NCBI GenBank assembly: GCA_035063785.1
Contig: JAPSFS010000008.1
Coordinates: 76,212 to 140,211, forward strand
Source: Comamonadaceae bacterium
GTDB lineage: Bacteria; Pseudomonadota; Gammaproteobacteria; Burkholderiales; Burkholderiaceae_C
Direction: 5' to 3'
Length of the DNA stretch: 64,000 nt
In this document: positions 33,336-51,130 of the stretch, piece by piece
Layout: each line of letters starts with the position of its first letter
Numbering within the stretch: position 1 is the first letter of the stretch
Translations under genes and position numbers: made by a program
The notes under the pieces: model-generated
Told to the model about the DNA's origin: nothing
Database searches by the model: none
What the model saw: only the letters and a program-made list of their open reading frames with translations

Positions 33336-35000
33336 GTGACGCAAAACCCCACCAGCCGAGTCGAATACCAGACCCACCCCACCCAATACAAGCACTGGAA
33401 GCTGTCGTTCGACGGCGCCATCGCCACGCTGTCGGCGGATTTCGCCGAGGACGGCGGCCTGCGTCCCGGCTACAAGCTCAAGCTCAACAGCTACGACCTG
33501 GGCGTGGACATCGAGCTGAACGACGCGCTCAACCGCATCCGCTTCGAGCACCCCGAGGTGCGCACGGTGGTGGTCACCAGCCTCAAGGACAAGGTGTTCT
33601 GCTCGGGCGCCAACATCTTCATGCTGGGGCTGTCCAGCCACGCCTGGAAGGTGAACTTCTGCAAGTTCACCAATGAAACGCGCAACGGCATGGAGGACTC
33701 CAGCCGCTACAGCGGCCTGAAGTTCCTCGCGGCCGTGAACGGCGCGTGCGCCGGTGGTGGCTACGAACTGGCGCTCTCGTGCGACGAAATCCTGCTGGTG
33801 GACGACCGCTCCAGCAGCGTGAGCCTGCCCGAGGTGCCGCTGCTGGGCGTGCTGCCCGGCACCGGCGGCCTCACCCGCGTGACCGACAAGCGCCACGTGC
33901 GCCACGACCTGGCCGACATCTTCTGCACCACGAGCGAAGGCGTGCGCGGCCAGAAGGCGGTGGATTGGCGCCTCGTGGACGCCATCGCCAAGCCGGCGCA
34001 ATTCGCCGCCGCGGTGCACGAGCGCGCCACCACGCTCGCCGCCGGCAGCGACCGTCCGGCCAACGCCCAGGGCGTGCAGCTCACGCCGCTGACCCGTACG
34101 ATCGAAGCCGACGCGCTGCGCTACAGCCAGGTGACGGTGGAAATCGACCGCGCACGCCGCGTGGCGACGCTCACCGTGAAGGCGCCCCAGGGCGCGCAGC
34201 CGCAGGACGTGGCGGGCATCGAAGCCGCGGGCAACGCCTGGTACCCGCTGGTGCTGGCGCGTGAACTCGACGACGCCATCCTGCAGATGCGCACCAACGA
34301 ACCGACCATCGGTACCTGGCTCATCAAGACCCAGGGCGATCTGGCCGCCGTGCAGGCGATGGACGCGACGCTCCTCGCCCACAGGAACCACTGGTTCGTG
34401 CGCGAAACGCTCGGCCTGCTGCGCCGCGTGTTCAGCCGGCTTGACGTGTCCTCGCGCAGCCTGTTCGCGCTCGTGGAGGAAGGCTCGTGCTTCGGCGGCA
34501 GCTTCCTGGAGCTGGCGCTCGCCTGCGACCGCATCTACCACCTCGCGCTGCCCGATGCGCCCGAAAAGGCGCCCAAGATCAGCGTGGGTGAACTCAACTT
34601 CGGCCAGTACCCCATGGCCACCGAACAGAGCCGTCTCGCGCGCCGTTTCTACGACGATGCCGCGGCACTGCAGGCCGTGCGCGCCCGCCTGGGCCAGCCG
34701 CTGGACGCCGACACGGCGCTGGCACTGGGCCTCGTGACCAGCGCGCCGGACGACATCGACTGGCATGACGAAACCCGCATCGCCATCGAAGAGCGCGTGG
34801 CCATGAGCCCCGACGCCCTGACCGGCATGGAAGCCAACCTGCGCTTCAACGGCCCGGAGACCATGATCACCCGCATCTTCGGACGCCTCACGGCCTGGCA
34901 AAACTGGATCTTCCAGCGCCCCAATGCCGTCGGCGAGAAGGGCGCGCTCAAGGTCTACGGCAAGGGCGAAAAATCCGCCTTCGACTGGAACCGCGTCTGA
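33336..35000 (+). CDS. boxC: 2,3-epoxybenzoyl-CoA dihydrolase (benzoyl-CoA-dihydrodiol lyase)
   Basis: Crotonase-superfamily protein of about 555 aa (YQTHPTQYKHWKLSFDG...). The preferred start is GTG 33336, 6 nt after GGAG; the track start is TTG 33309. Confidence 0.88.
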   Translation: MTQNPTSRVEYQTHPTQYKHWKLSFDGAIATLSADFAEDGGLRPGYKLKLNSYDLGVDIELNDALNRIRFEHPEVRTVVVTSLKDKVFCSGANIFMLGLSSHAWKVNFCKFTNETRNGMEDSSRYSGLKFLAAVNGACAGGGYELALSCDEILLVDDRSSSVSLPEVPLLGVLPGTGGLTRVTDKRHVRHDLADIFCTTSEGVRGQKAVDWRLVDAIAKPAQFAAAVHERATTLAAGSDRPANAQGVQLTPLTRTIEADALRYSQVTVEIDRARRVATLTVKAPQGAQPQDVAGIEAAGNAWYPLVLARELDDAILQMRTNEPTIGTWLIKTQGDLAAVQAMDATLLAHRNHWFVRETLGLLRRVFSRLDVSSRSLFALVEEGSCFGGSFLELALACDRIYHLALPDAPEKAPKISVGELNFGQYPMATEQSRLARRFYDDAAALQAVRARLGQPLDADTALALGLVTSAPDDIDWHDETRIAIEERVAMSPDALTGMEANLRFNGPETMITRIFGRLTAWQNWIFQRPNAVGEKGALKVYGKGEKSAFDWNRV

Positions 35001-35105
35001 CACTGCAGCAGCGGCGCGCGCGGCAGATGCCCGGCGCGCCACAGTCCTGAACCCGCCATACGCTCGACTCTCCACCCCCCACTTTCGACACACCAGGAGC
35101 ACCCC

Positions 35106-36530
<1,425 letters not shown>

Positions 36531-36533
<3 letters not shown>

Positions 36534-36594
36534 AATTGGTATGAAATAGGGCTCTGGCACTTGCTGGACAAGCGCCAGCAGCTACTGTTTGAAT
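36531..36594 (-). repeat. Palindromic repeat family, copy C (boxB-boxA spacer)
   Basis: TGAAATTGGTATGAAATAGGGCTCTGGCACTTGctggaCAAGCGCCAGCAGCTACTGTTTGAATA. The arms match the reverse complement of copy B. Confidence 0.8.
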
Positions 36595-36605
36595 AGGAGG
36601 CCCCC

Positions 36606-37916
36606 ATGGACATGGCTGATACCGCGCTCATCAAGCAGCACTTGATCGATCCGGAAATCTGCATACGCTGCGGCGCGTGCGAGGCCGCCTGCCCGATCGA
36701 CGCGATCACGCACGACGACCGCAACTACGTGGTGGACGTGAGCATCTGCGAAAGCTGCCGCGCCTGCATACCGGTGTGCCCGACGGGCGCGATCGACAAC
36801 TGGCTCACCGTGCCGCGCGCGGCCGCCTACAGCCTGGAGCAGCAGTTCAGCTGGGACCAGCTCCCGGCCGAACTCACGCCCGCGCAACTGGCCGAATTCG
36901 GCGTGAGCGACGTGGCGGAAGAAGCGCCGCTCACGCAAAAGGAAGTGGCGCAGGCACAGGCCCAGCAGGCACCCGCCGCCGAACCCGACCCCACGGGCGA
37001 GACGCCGTTCGACCCCGCGCAATTCAACGCGCCGCAGCCGCCGTGGTCGGCCGCGCACGCGTACAGCAACCTCTACGGCCCGCGCGCCGAACAAAAGACC
37101 ATCACCGCCACGGTGGCCGGCACGCTGCGCGTGACGCAGGTGGGCACCGAATACGACACGCACCACATCGTGCTCGACTTCGGCGCCATGCCGTTTCCCG
37201 TGCTCGAAGGCCAGTCCATCGCGGTGCTGCCGCCGGGCCTGGACGCGCGCGGCAAGCCGCACGTGCCGCGCCAGTACAGCATCGCGAGCCCGCGCAACGG
37301 CGAGCGCCCGGGCTACAACAACATCAGCCTCACGATCAAGCGCGTGCTGCAGGACTACGACGGCAACCCGGTGCGCGGCGTCGCGAGCAACTACATGTGC
37401 GACCTCAAGGTGGGTGACCAGGTGCAGGTGATCGGGCCGTTCGGCACGAGCTTCCTCATGCCCAACCACCCCAAGAGCCACATCGTGATGATCTGCACCG
37501 GCACCGGCAGCGCGCCGATGCGCGCGATGACCGAGTGGCGTCGGCGGCTGCGCAAGAGCGGCAAGTTCGAGGGCGGCAAGCTGATGCTGTTCTTCGGCGC
37601 GCGCACCAAGGAAGAGTTGCCCTACTTCGGCCCGCTGCAAGGCCTGCCCAAGGATTTCATCGACATCAACTTCGCGTTCAGCCGCACGCCCGGCGCGCCC
37701 AAGAAATACGTGCAAGACGCGATGCGCGAGCGCGCGGCCGACCTGGTGCCGCTGCTCACCGACCCCAACGCGTACTTCTACGTCTGCGGCCTGAAGGCGA
37801 TGGAGGAAGGCGTGATGCTGACGCTGCGCGACATCGCCACCGACGCGGGACTCGATTGGAACGAAGTCGGGGGCGCGCTCAAGCGCCAGGGCCGGCTGCA
37901 CCTGGAAACCTATTGA
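36606..37916 (+). CDS. boxA: Benzoyl-CoA 2,3-epoxidase subunit A (2x[4Fe-4S] ferredoxin + FNR-like reductase)
   Basis: [12 protein letters not shown] and [12 protein letters not shown] clusters, an RQYSIAS FAD motif and a [14 protein letters not shown] motif. Confidence 0.9.
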   Translation: MDMADTALIKQHLIDPEICIRCGACEAACPIDAITHDDRNYVVDVSICESCRACIPVCPTGAIDNWLTVPRAAAYSLEQQFSWDQLPAELTPAQLAEFGVSDVAEEAPLTQKEVAQAQAQQAPAAEPDPTGETPFDPAQFNAPQPPWSAAHAYSNLYGPRAEQKTITATVAGTLRVTQVGTEYDTHHIVLDFGAMPFPVLEGQSIAVLPPGLDARGKPHVPRQYSIASPRNGERPGYNNISLTIKRVLQDYDGNPVRGVASNYMCDLKVGDQVQVIGPFGTSFLMPNHPKSHIVMICTGTGSAPMRAMTEWRRRLRKSGKFEGGKLMLFFGARTKEELPYFGPLQGLPKDFIDINFAFSRTPGAPKKYVQDAMRERAADLVPLLTDPNAYFYVCGLKAMEEGVMLTLRDIATDAGLDWNEVGGALKRQGRLHLETY

Positions 37917-38701
37917 TGGACACGCTGCAGATCTCGCGCCCCGCTGCCGGCGTGGCGCAGGTGCTGATGAACCGCCCCGCGGTCTTCAACGCCTTTGACG
38001 AAGCCATGATCGCGCAGCTCGACGCCGCGTTCGTGCAGCTCGCCGACGACCCCACCGTGCGCGTGATCGTGCTCGCGGGCAGTGGCAAGCACTTCAGCGC
38101 CGGGGCCGACCTGCAATGGATGCAGCGCGCCGCGCAGGCCGACCGCGCCTGGAATCTGGCCGACGCCGAACGCTTCGCCGCGATGCTCGCGCGCATCGAA
38201 CAAAGCCCCAAGCCGACGGTGGCGCGCATCCAGGGCGCGGCGCTGGGCGGCGGCGTGGGCCTGGCGTGCGTCTGCGACATCGCCATTGCCGCCGACAACG
38301 CGAGCTTTGCCGTGAGCGAGGCCAAGTTCGGCATCATCCCCTCGGTGATCGGGCCCTACCTGCTCAACGCGGTGGGGCGCCGCCAGGCGCGGCGACTGGC
38401 ACTCAGCACCACGCGCATTGGGGCCGATGAGGCGCTGCGCATCGGCCTCGTGCAGGAGGTGGTGGCACAGGGCGCGCTCGACGACGCGGTGCAGCGCACC
38501 GTGGCCGACCTGCTCGTGGGCGGGCCGATGGCGCAGATGGAAATCAAGCAGCTCTACGACCAGTTGCCCGGCGGGCCGGTGACGGCCGAGGCGCGCGCGC
38601 TCACCGCGCATACCATTGCACGCATCCGCGGCACGGACGAGGCGCGCGAGGGTTTCGCCGCATTCCTCGGCAAGCGCAAGGCCTCGTGGAATCCCCAATG
38701 A
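37916..38701 (+). CDS. Enoyl-CoA hydratase/isomerase family protein
   Basis: The crotonase fold is GSGKHFSAGADLQWM...GAALGGGVGLACVCDIAIA. The ATG overlaps the boxA stop. Confidence 0.85.
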   Translation: MDTLQISRPAAGVAQVLMNRPAVFNAFDEAMIAQLDAAFVQLADDPTVRVIVLAGSGKHFSAGADLQWMQRAAQADRAWNLADAERFAAMLARIEQSPKPTVARIQGAALGGGVGLACVCDIAIAADNASFAVSEAKFGIIPSVIGPYLLNAVGRRQARRLALSTTRIGADEALRIGLVQEVVAQGALDDAVQRTVADLLVGGPMAQMEIKQLYDQLPGGPVTAEARALTAHTIARIRGTDEAREGFAAFLGKRKASWNPQ

Positions 38702-40173
38702 GCACACCCCAAGACATTCTCCTCATCGGCGTTGGCGTGATGGGCCAGGGCATCGCACAGGTAGCGGCGCAGGCCGGCCACCGCGTGTTCCTCTTCGACC
38801 AGCTCGACGGCGCGGCCGTGAAGGCGCGCGGCAAGATCGCCGCCACCTTCGACAAGCTCGTCGCCAAGGACAAGCTGACCCGGGCCGACGCTGACGCCAC
38901 GCTCACGCGCCTCGTGCCCATCGCCACGCTGGCCGACGGCAAGAGCGCACTGCTCGCGATCGAGGCCGTCATCGAGCGCCTGGACGTCAAGCACAGCCTG
39001 TTCCAGCAGCTTGAAGACCTGCTGCCCGAGGGCGCGATCCTCGCGACCAACACCTCGTCGATCAGCGTCACCGCGATCGGCGCGGGCCTCAAGCGCCCCG
39101 AGCGGCTCGTGGGCATGCACTTCTTCAACCCCGCACCGCTGATGAAGCTCGTCGAGGTGGTGCACGGTCTGCGCACTGACGCGGCCATCGCTACCCAGGT
39201 GGAACAGCTCGCCCGCGCCTGGGGCAAGACGCCGGTGCACACGCGCAGCACACCCGGCTTCATCGTCAACCGCATCGCCCGCCCCTACTACGCCGAGGCG
39301 TTGATGCTGCTGCAGGAGCGCGCGCTCGCGCCCGAGCAACTCGACGCGCTGCTGCGCGGCGCGGGCTTTCGCATGGGCCCGTGCGAGCTCATGGACCTGA
39401 TCGGGCTCGATACCAACTACGCCGTCACGCAGACGGTGTTCGCCGCCAACTTTTATGACCGGCGCTTCACCCCCAGCCTGGTGCAGCGCGAGCTGGTCGA
39501 AGGCGGCCTGTACGGGCGCAAAAGCGGTCAGGGCTTCTACCGCTACCCGGAGGGCGCGCCCGCGCTCACACCCTGCGCGAGCACCGCGCTTGCGCCGGGC
39601 CGCGGCATCGAGGTACACGGCAGCGGCGCGGTGGCCTCCCTGCTCGCCGAGGCCGCGCGCGAGCACGGCGTGACGCACGCACGCGCCAGCGCGTGGACGG
39701 GCGTGCAGGTCGGCGCGCTGCAACTGCGCCAGACCGACGGCCGCCCCGCGTGGCAGATTGCCCAGAGCGAAGGCGTGGCGCACGTGGCGGTGTTCGACGA
39801 ACTGCCCACGACGGCGGGCGGCGCGATCGCGTTCGCCGCCGCGCACCCGCAGGATGCGGCGCAGGCCGCGGGCGTGCTCGCCGCGCTTGGCTGGCAGCCG
39901 GTGCAGATGGCCGACGCGCCCGGCCTCGCCGTCGCCCGCACGCTGGCGATGCTCGTCAACGAAGCCGCCGACGCGGTGCTGCAGGGCGTGTGCACGCCCG
40001 ACGGCGCGGACGCGGCGATGAAGCTGGGCGTCAACTACCCGGCGGGGCCGTTCGAGTGGCTCCAGCGCCTGGGTCGCGCGCGCGTGGTGCACCTCATTGA
40101 GGCGCTCGACGCCTGCTACCGCGGCGAACGCTACCGCGTGAGCCCCTGGCTGCGGCGGGGAGAGACCACGTGA
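38698..40173 (+). CDS. 3-hydroxyacyl-CoA dehydrogenase (PaaH-like, extended C-terminus)
   Basis: NAD motif LLIGVGVMGQGIAQ, then NTSSISVT and HFFNPAPLMKLVEV. Confidence 0.88.
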   Translation: MSTPQDILLIGVGVMGQGIAQVAAQAGHRVFLFDQLDGAAVKARGKIAATFDKLVAKDKLTRADADATLTRLVPIATLADGKSALLAIEAVIERLDVKHSLFQQLEDLLPEGAILATNTSSISVTAIGAGLKRPERLVGMHFFNPAPLMKLVEVVHGLRTDAAIATQVEQLARAWGKTPVHTRSTPGFIVNRIARPYYAEALMLLQERALAPEQLDALLRGAGFRMGPCELMDLIGLDTNYAVTQTVFAANFYDRRFTPSLVQRELVEGGLYGRKSGQGFYRYPEGAPALTPCASTALAPGRGIEVHGSGAVASLLAEAAREHGVTHARASAWTGVQVGALQLRQTDGRPAWQIAQSEGVAHVAVFDELPTTAGGAIAFAAAHPQDAAQAAGVLAALGWQPVQMADAPGLAVARTLAMLVNEAADAVLQGVCTPDGADAAMKLGVNYPAGPFEWLQRLGRARVVHLIEALDACYRGERYRVSPWLRRGETT

Positions 40174-40940
40174 GCATCCGCATCGAGCCGCAAGAAAACG
40201 GCGTGGTCGAAGTCGTCTTCGGCCCGGCGGGCGAGCTGCCCGTGTGCACCGCTGCAGACCACTCGCGCCTGGCCACGATCTGGGGCGAGCTGGCGCAAGA
40301 GCCGGCGCACCGCGTGATCCTCGTGCGCAGCGAGGGCAAGGGCTTTTCCGCCGGTGGCGACATGGACCTGCTGCAGGACATGCTCGCCCAGGAAGCGGTG
40401 CGTCAGCGCGTGATGCGCGAGGCACGCGCCATCGTGCAGGGCATGATGGATTGCGACCTGCCCGTCATCAGCGCGATCAACGGCGCCGCCGCGGGCGCGG
40501 GCGCCGCCGTCGCGCTCATGGCCGACATCTCGATCGCGGCGGAAAACGCCAAGCTGCTGGACGCGCACACCAGGCTGGGCGTGGCCGCTGGCGACCACGC
40601 CGCCGTCATCTGGCCGCTGCTGTGCGGCATGGCCAAGGCCAAATACCTGCTGCTCACCTGCGCGCCAGTGAGTGGCGCGGAAGCCGAGCGCATTGGCCTC
40701 GTGAGCCTGAGCGTGCCGCCCGAGCAGTTGCTGGCCCGCGCCCGCGAAATCGCCGCGCGGCTCGCCGCGGGCAGCCGCACCGCGCTCGGCCACACCAAGC
40801 GCAGCCTGAACCACTGGCTGCGCGCGGCCTGGCCCGCGTTCGAGCACTCGCTGGCGCTCGAATTCCTCGACTTCGCGGGCGGCGACGCGCGCGAGGGCGT
40901 CGCCTCGTTCACCGAAAAGCGCCCGCCACGCTTTGCCTGA
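40170..40940 (+). CDS. Enoyl-CoA hydratase/isomerase family protein
   Basis: [10 protein letters not shown]...[21 protein letters not shown]. The GTG start overlaps the upstream stop. Confidence 0.85.
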   Translation: MSIRIEPQENGVVEVVFGPAGELPVCTAADHSRLATIWGELAQEPAHRVILVRSEGKGFSAGGDMDLLQDMLAQEAVRQRVMREARAIVQGMMDCDLPVISAINGAAAGAGAAVALMADISIAAENAKLLDAHTRLGVAAGDHAAVIWPLLCGMAKAKYLLLTCAPVSGAEAERIGLVSLSVPPEQLLARAREIAARLAAGSRTALGHTKRSLNHWLRAAWPAFEHSLALEFLDFAGGDAREGVASFTEKRPPRFA

Positions 40941-40973
40941 ACGCGCCCGCGCCCGCGCGTTAGCATCGACGCC

Positions 40974-41399
40974 ATGAAATACGCCGAACTCCAGGTAGAC
41001 CAGGCGCTGCACGCCGGCCCCTACACCGTGAGCGAGGAAGAAATCCTCGCCTTCGCCCGCCAGTGGGACCCACAGTGGTTCCACACCCAGCCCGAGCGGG
41101 CCGCCACCGGCCCATGGAAGGGCCTGATCGCAAGCGGCTGGCATACCTGCTGCATCGCGATGCGGCTGGCGGTCAACGAATTCCTGGGCGACTCCGAGTC
41201 CTACGTCTCTCCGGGGCTGGACGCCATCCGCTGGATGCACCCCGTACGCCCCGGCGACACGCTCACGCTCGACATCACCGTCACCGGCAAGCGCACCACC
41301 AAGGCGGGGCTGGGCCTCATCCAGTGGCACTGGGTGATGACGAACCAGGACGGCACCATGGTGCTGTCCATCGACGCATCGAACCTGTTCAAGATTTGA
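40974..41399 (+). CDS. MaoC-like (R)-hydratase hot-dog protein
   Basis: 141 aa: [12 protein letters not shown]...GLIASGWHT...RPGDTL. Confidence 0.78.
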   Translation: MKYAELQVDQALHAGPYTVSEEEILAFARQWDPQWFHTQPERAATGPWKGLIASGWHTCCIAMRLAVNEFLGDSESYVSPGLDAIRWMHPVRPGDTLTLDITVTGKRTTKAGLGLIQWHWVMTNQDGTMVLSIDASNLFKI

Positions 41400-41520
41400 G
41401 CGCGCCGCGCGCCGTCGCGCGATCGGCGTCCGCCGCGTTTCGTTGCCAGCGCACCGTGGCCATTGCGGCGGCCCGTGCACGTCGGCACGCTGCGGAGTAT
41501 CCTGATTTGGTCATGGGAAT

Positions 41521-41925
41521 GTGTGGAGGCACAGCACTGTGAGCACGAAAATCCCCAGCGCCAATGTACGCATCAAACGCGCCTACGAGGCGCCCTCGCC
41601 CGAGGACGGCGAGCGCATCCTGATCGACCGCCTGTGGCCGCGCGGCATCAAGAAAGAGGCGCTGCACCTCACCGAATGGAACCGCGACCTCTCGCCCAGC
41701 ACCGACCTGCGCCACTGGTTCAACCACGAACACGAGCGCTGGCCCGAGTTTCGCCGCCGCTACGCCGCCGAGCTGGCCGAACACCCCGAGCACTTCGAGG
41801 CGCTGCGCCAGCGCGCGCGCAAGGGCGTGGTCACGCTGGTGTATGGCGCGCACGACGCAGCCGTGAACAACGCGGTGGCGATGCGCGAGTACCTGCTGAG
41901 CCCCGACGGCCTGAACGTGCAATGA
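41521..41925 (+). CDS. DUF488 family protein
   Basis: RIKRAYEAPSPEDGERILIDRLWPRGIKKEALHLTEWNRDLSPSTDLRHWFNH is the DUF488 signature. The start may be GTG 41539. Confidence 0.75.
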   Translation: MWRHSTVSTKIPSANVRIKRAYEAPSPEDGERILIDRLWPRGIKKEALHLTEWNRDLSPSTDLRHWFNHEHERWPEFRRRYAAELAEHPEHFEALRQRARKGVVTLVYGAHDAAVNNAVAMREYLLSPDGLNVQ

Positions 41926-41938
41926 AACGGGAGATGAA

Positions 41939-42298
41939 ATGATGGAACACCCGATGTACCCGGCCAGCAGCGCCGACATCGCGCGCAAGCGCCGCGAACT
42001 GGCACCCAGGCAGCTCGAAGCCTTTCGCGCCTTCAGCGCGGCGGCCTTCGCCGAGGGCGAGCTGGACGCCAAAACCAAGCAGCTCATCGCCGTGGCGGTG
42101 GCGCACGTGACGCAGTGCCCCTATTGCATTCGTGGTCACACCGACGGCGCGCTCAAGGCGGGCGCAACCGAGGGGCAGATCATGGAAGCGATCTGGGTGG
42201 CCGCCGAGATGCGCGCGGGCGGCTCGTACGCGCATTCGTCGCTGGCGATCGACCAGATGGCCGTGCACGCCGAGGCGGCGCGCACGCGCAGGGCCTGA
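41939..42298 (+). CDS. Carboxymuconolactone decarboxylase/AhpD-like protein
   Basis: AVAHVTQCPYCIRGHT is the CxxC AhpD-core motif. Confidence 0.8.
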   Translation: MMEHPMYPASSADIARKRRELAPRQLEAFRAFSAAAFAEGELDAKTKQLIAVAVAHVTQCPYCIRGHTDGALKAGATEGQIMEAIWVAAEMRAGGSYAHSSLAIDQMAVHAEAARTRRA

Positions 42299-42320
42299 GG
42301 CGCCGGCGCAAGCCGGCGCC
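42299..42320. terminator. GC hairpin between convergent genes
   Basis: GGCGCCGGC-gcaa-GCCGGCGCC is a perfect 9-bp stem with no T-tract. Confidence 0.4.
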
Positions 42321-42340
42321 ACCGTGCGCAGCGCGCCGGG

Positions 42341-43915
42341 TCAGAGCGCTTTGAGCCTGGCCTCGATCTGCGCCCGCAGCGCTGAATCGGTGGCCTCCCG
42401 CGCCGCGCTTTGCAGCACTTTCTTGGCATCTTCAGCCCGGTTTTCGCTCAAGTACAGTTCGCCCAGCTTGAGGCGCGCGCGCGCCGCACTGTTGGCGTTG
42501 CCACTGGCTTCATGGACGCGGGCCAGGGTGTCCAGGACCGTCGGGTTCTCGGGCGCCGACTCGCTGGCACGGCGCGCCAGCGAAAGCGCCTCTTCCTTCT
42601 TGCCTTCCCCCAGACGCAGCAGCGCCAGATTGTTCAAGCTGGCCCAGTGCGCGGGGGAGGCCTTGAGCCCGCGCTCGTAGTACGCAGCCGCGGCGCGCTT
42701 GTCGCCCGAACCTTCTTCCAGCATGCCGACCATGAAGGCGGCATCAGCGTCGTCGGGGGTCAATTCCAGCCGCTTGCGCGACTGCTCCAGCGCCGCTTTC
42801 GTGTCGCCCTGGCGCAGCAGCACCATGGCCATGTCGGCGCGCAGCAAGGGGTTTTTCGGCTGCCCGGCGATGGCCCGTGCATACGTATCGCGCGCCTTGT
42901 CGTATGCGCCCATGCCGGCGTACAGCCTGGCGGCGGCGGCCAGCGTGTCGGCGCTGGGCTTGCGCTTGGCATCCACCAGCTGGCCGAGGCGCTGCTGCGC
43001 GGCCTCGCCGGCACCCGAGGCCGCTTCGCTGACGGCCAGTTCCAGTACGGGTGCGGGGTCCTTGGGCGCAAGCCTGCCTGCCTGGGCCAGGGTCGCAATG
43101 GAATCGTCCCACTGCTGCTGGGCGCGCTGGGCACGGCCAAGGCCGAGCAACGCCGGCACGTCCTTCGCATGCTCCGGCCGGGCCAGCACAGTGCGGTAGC
43201 GCGCCACCGCCTTCGCCGGCTCACCGGACGCCAGCCAGGCATCGCCCAGCACCACGAGCGCCTGCGCCGGAACGGCCTTTCCGCTGCTGTTGGCGTCATC
43301 CCACGGCTTGAGCAATTCCAGCGCGCGTTCGGGCCGTCCGTCGCGCAGGTACAGGCGCGCCAGGTCCAGGCGCAAACCCGGGACGGACTGCGCGGGCCCC
43401 GCCACGCCCTTTTCCAGATGCGCAATCGCAGGCTTCACGGCACCGTGGCTGGCCAGATACAGGCCGACGCGCTGGTTGGCAAATCGATCGTCGGGGGCGA
43501 TCTCGACCGCCTTCCGGTAGAACGAGATGGCTTTGTCTTCCTCGCCCATCGCCTTCGCGATGTCGCCGAGCTTCGTCCACGCGGTGTACTGCCGGGGGTT
43601 GAACTTGACCGAACGCTGCAGGGCTTCGACGGCCTGGGGCACCTTGTTCTGCAGCGCCAGCGCGATGCCCAGCACCTCGTGCGCAGCGGCCGACTGCGGC
43701 GACTCCTGGATCACGCGGCGGGCCAGTTTTTCAGCGTCCGCGGCCTTCCCCTGCTGGATAAGCTCCACCGCCTCATCCAGTGGACCGCGCTGGGCGGCCA
43801 TTGCCCCCGCACCCATCACGCCCTGGGACAAGTCCACCGTCAAGGCGCTCGATTCGGCGACGGTCAACAACAGCGACAAGGACAGCAGGACGGCTCGCAG
43901 CGGGAAGGCTCGCAT
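42341..43915 (-). CDS. Secreted tetratricopeptide-repeat (TPR) protein
   Basis: It has a signal peptide (MRAFPLRAVLLSLSLLLTVAESSA) followed by many A..Y/F..A..L.P TPR units. Confidence 0.8.
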   Translation of the reverse strand: MRAFPLRAVLLSLSLLLTVAESSALTVDLSQGVMGAGAMAAQRGPLDEAVELIQQGKAADAEKLARRVIQESPQSAAAHEVLGIALALQNKVPQAVEALQRSVKFNPRQYTAWTKLGDIAKAMGEEDKAISFYRKAVEIAPDDRFANQRVGLYLASHGAVKPAIAHLEKGVAGPAQSVPGLRLDLARLYLRDGRPERALELLKPWDDANSSGKAVPAQALVVLGDAWLASGEPAKAVARYRTVLARPEHAKDVPALLGLGRAQRAQQQWDDSIATLAQAGRLAPKDPAPVLELAVSEAASGAGEAAQQRLGQLVDAKRKPSADTLAAAARLYAGMGAYDKARDTYARAIAGQPKNPLLRADMAMVLLRQGDTKAALEQSRKRLELTPDDADAAFMVGMLEEGSGDKRAAAAYYERGLKASPAHWASLNNLALLRLGEGKKEEALSLARRASESAPENPTVLDTLARVHEASGNANSAARARLKLGELYLSENRAEDAKKVLQSAAREATDSALRAQIEARLKAL

Positions 43916-43954
43916 GGTCGGCTTTCAGGTCGAATACAAAATTGCGCAGCCCAT

Positions 43955-43990
43955 CAACAAAATGGGGCGGCACGATGTGCCGCCCCATTG
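43955..43990 (-). terminator. Rho-independent terminator after the vWA gene
   Basis: The minus strand reads AATGGGGCGGCAC-auc-GUGCCGCCCCAUU followed by UUGUUGAU. The stem is perfect 13 bp (43961-43973 / 43977-43989). Confidence 0.75.
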
Positions 43991-44012
43991 TGCCCTAGCA
44001 GGCTGGCGTCGA

Positions 44013-45107
44013 TCAGGCGCGATTGCGGCGGCGACGGCGCAGGGCGCCCTGCAGGCCGAAAGCGCCCAGCAGCAGGGGCAGGGCCCCCGGCAGCGGCACT
44101 TCGGACACCGGGCCGACGACCGTGATGTGATCGCTCTCCAGCGCCACCCGTCCGCCGTCCACGAACGCGCCCACGCCGAAGTCGTAGGTGCCGGCCGCCA
44201 GGCCCGTCAGCGTCATGTTGAACGTGAAGGTGCGGTCTTCCGAACGATCCCAGGAGCCCGTGTAGGACACCGGGTCGAAGCTCACGCCGACGCCGCTGGG
44301 CGCCGCGCCGACCAGGCCGAGCGCAACGTTGGTGTAGGTATCGAAAGCGGCCTTGATCGCATCCTCGATCAGCTTCGCGATGCCTGTGCCGTCGCTGGAT
44401 ATCGTACTGAAGGAGCCGCCGGTCGCGGTCGCGATGGCCGTGGCTGCGCCGGCAGCGCAGTCACTGCCGCCGCAGGAGCTGTTCATGCCGTTGTTAACGC
44501 CGTTACCGGTACCGACGACCAGCACCTTGACGTTGTTGTCCTTCAGCGCGGCGATCGTTTCCGCCTGCGTCGGGTAGGCGCCGCCTTCGTGTCCGGGAGC
44601 ATCGCCGAACTGGACGATGAACCGGTTCGAACCGTCACGCCAGTCAGTGGCTTCGGCCTGCTGCTTGAGCGCAATCAGGTTGGCCTCGGGTGTATCACCG
44701 CCCCCCAAGGCACCCCACTGGTTGATCCCGGCCTGTACGGCAGCCGTATTGGAGGTCAGCACCTGGTTGACCTTGGTGGTGTACGAATCCGTTCGATCCT
44801 TGTACTCACTGGCACCGAACTGGGTGTCGCCATAGGTAGCCAAGCTCCCCATGATGGAAGTGGCGTTACTCTTTGCCGAGTTGATGATGCCCGACATAGA
44901 GCCCGTGGTATCGGCGACGAATTTCACGTCCACCAGCGCCGACGTGGGTGCCCCCTTGGAAATGACGACCGTCTTGGTGATGGTGACGGATTCACCGATG
45001 TCCAACGTCGCGGAAAAGGTCTCTGGCGAAATGGAGTCGGCCAACGCCATCTGGCTGGCCAGGGCAATACCTGCGGCAATGCCCAGCAGTCGTAACGTTC
45101 GTCTCAT
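44013..45107 (-). CDS. Secreted von Willebrand factor A domain protein with PEP-CTERM-like (VPLP...RRRRR) C-terminal sorting tail
   Basis: It has a signal peptide (MRRTLRLLGIAAGIALASQMALA), a MIDAS-like VADTTGSMS motif, and the C-terminus VPLPGALPLLLGAFGLQGALRRRRRNRA. A GGAGA RBS is present. GC looks lower than in the neighbours. Confidence 0.75.
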   Translation of the reverse strand: MRRTLRLLGIAAGIALASQMALADSISPETFSATLDIGESVTITKTVVISKGAPTSALVDVKFVADTTGSMSGIINSAKSNATSIMGSLATYGDTQFGASEYKDRTDSYTTKVNQVLTSNTAAVQAGINQWGALGGGDTPEANLIALKQQAEATDWRDGSNRFIVQFGDAPGHEGGAYPTQAETIAALKDNNVKVLVVGTGNGVNNGMNSSCGGSDCAAGAATAIATATGGSFSTISSDGTGIAKLIEDAIKAAFDTYTNVALGLVGAAPSGVGVSFDPVSYTGSWDRSEDRTFTFNMTLTGLAAGTYDFGVGAFVDGGRVALESDHITVVGPVSEVPLPGALPLLLGAFGLQGALRRRRRNRA

Positions 45108-45276
45108 AGCGATGTCTCCTCGTTGATAGACGACACGGAAGGTACGGGAGCACACATTTTTCGGTCAATAGCACCAATGGACTAGAGGTTATTTATATAA
45201 CTCCTCAAACCACCTGCTGCCCACCGGCGACGGGCCGCAACCCCGGGTAAACCCTCGGCGGGGCCGCGGCGCATGC

Positions 45277-51063
<5,787 letters not shown>

Positions 51064-51130
51064 GTGGCGGCCTTCACCAAAGTGGGGCCAAAATTCTAGG
51101 CGGCTTGGTGCAGGCCACCCCCGCGCAGGG

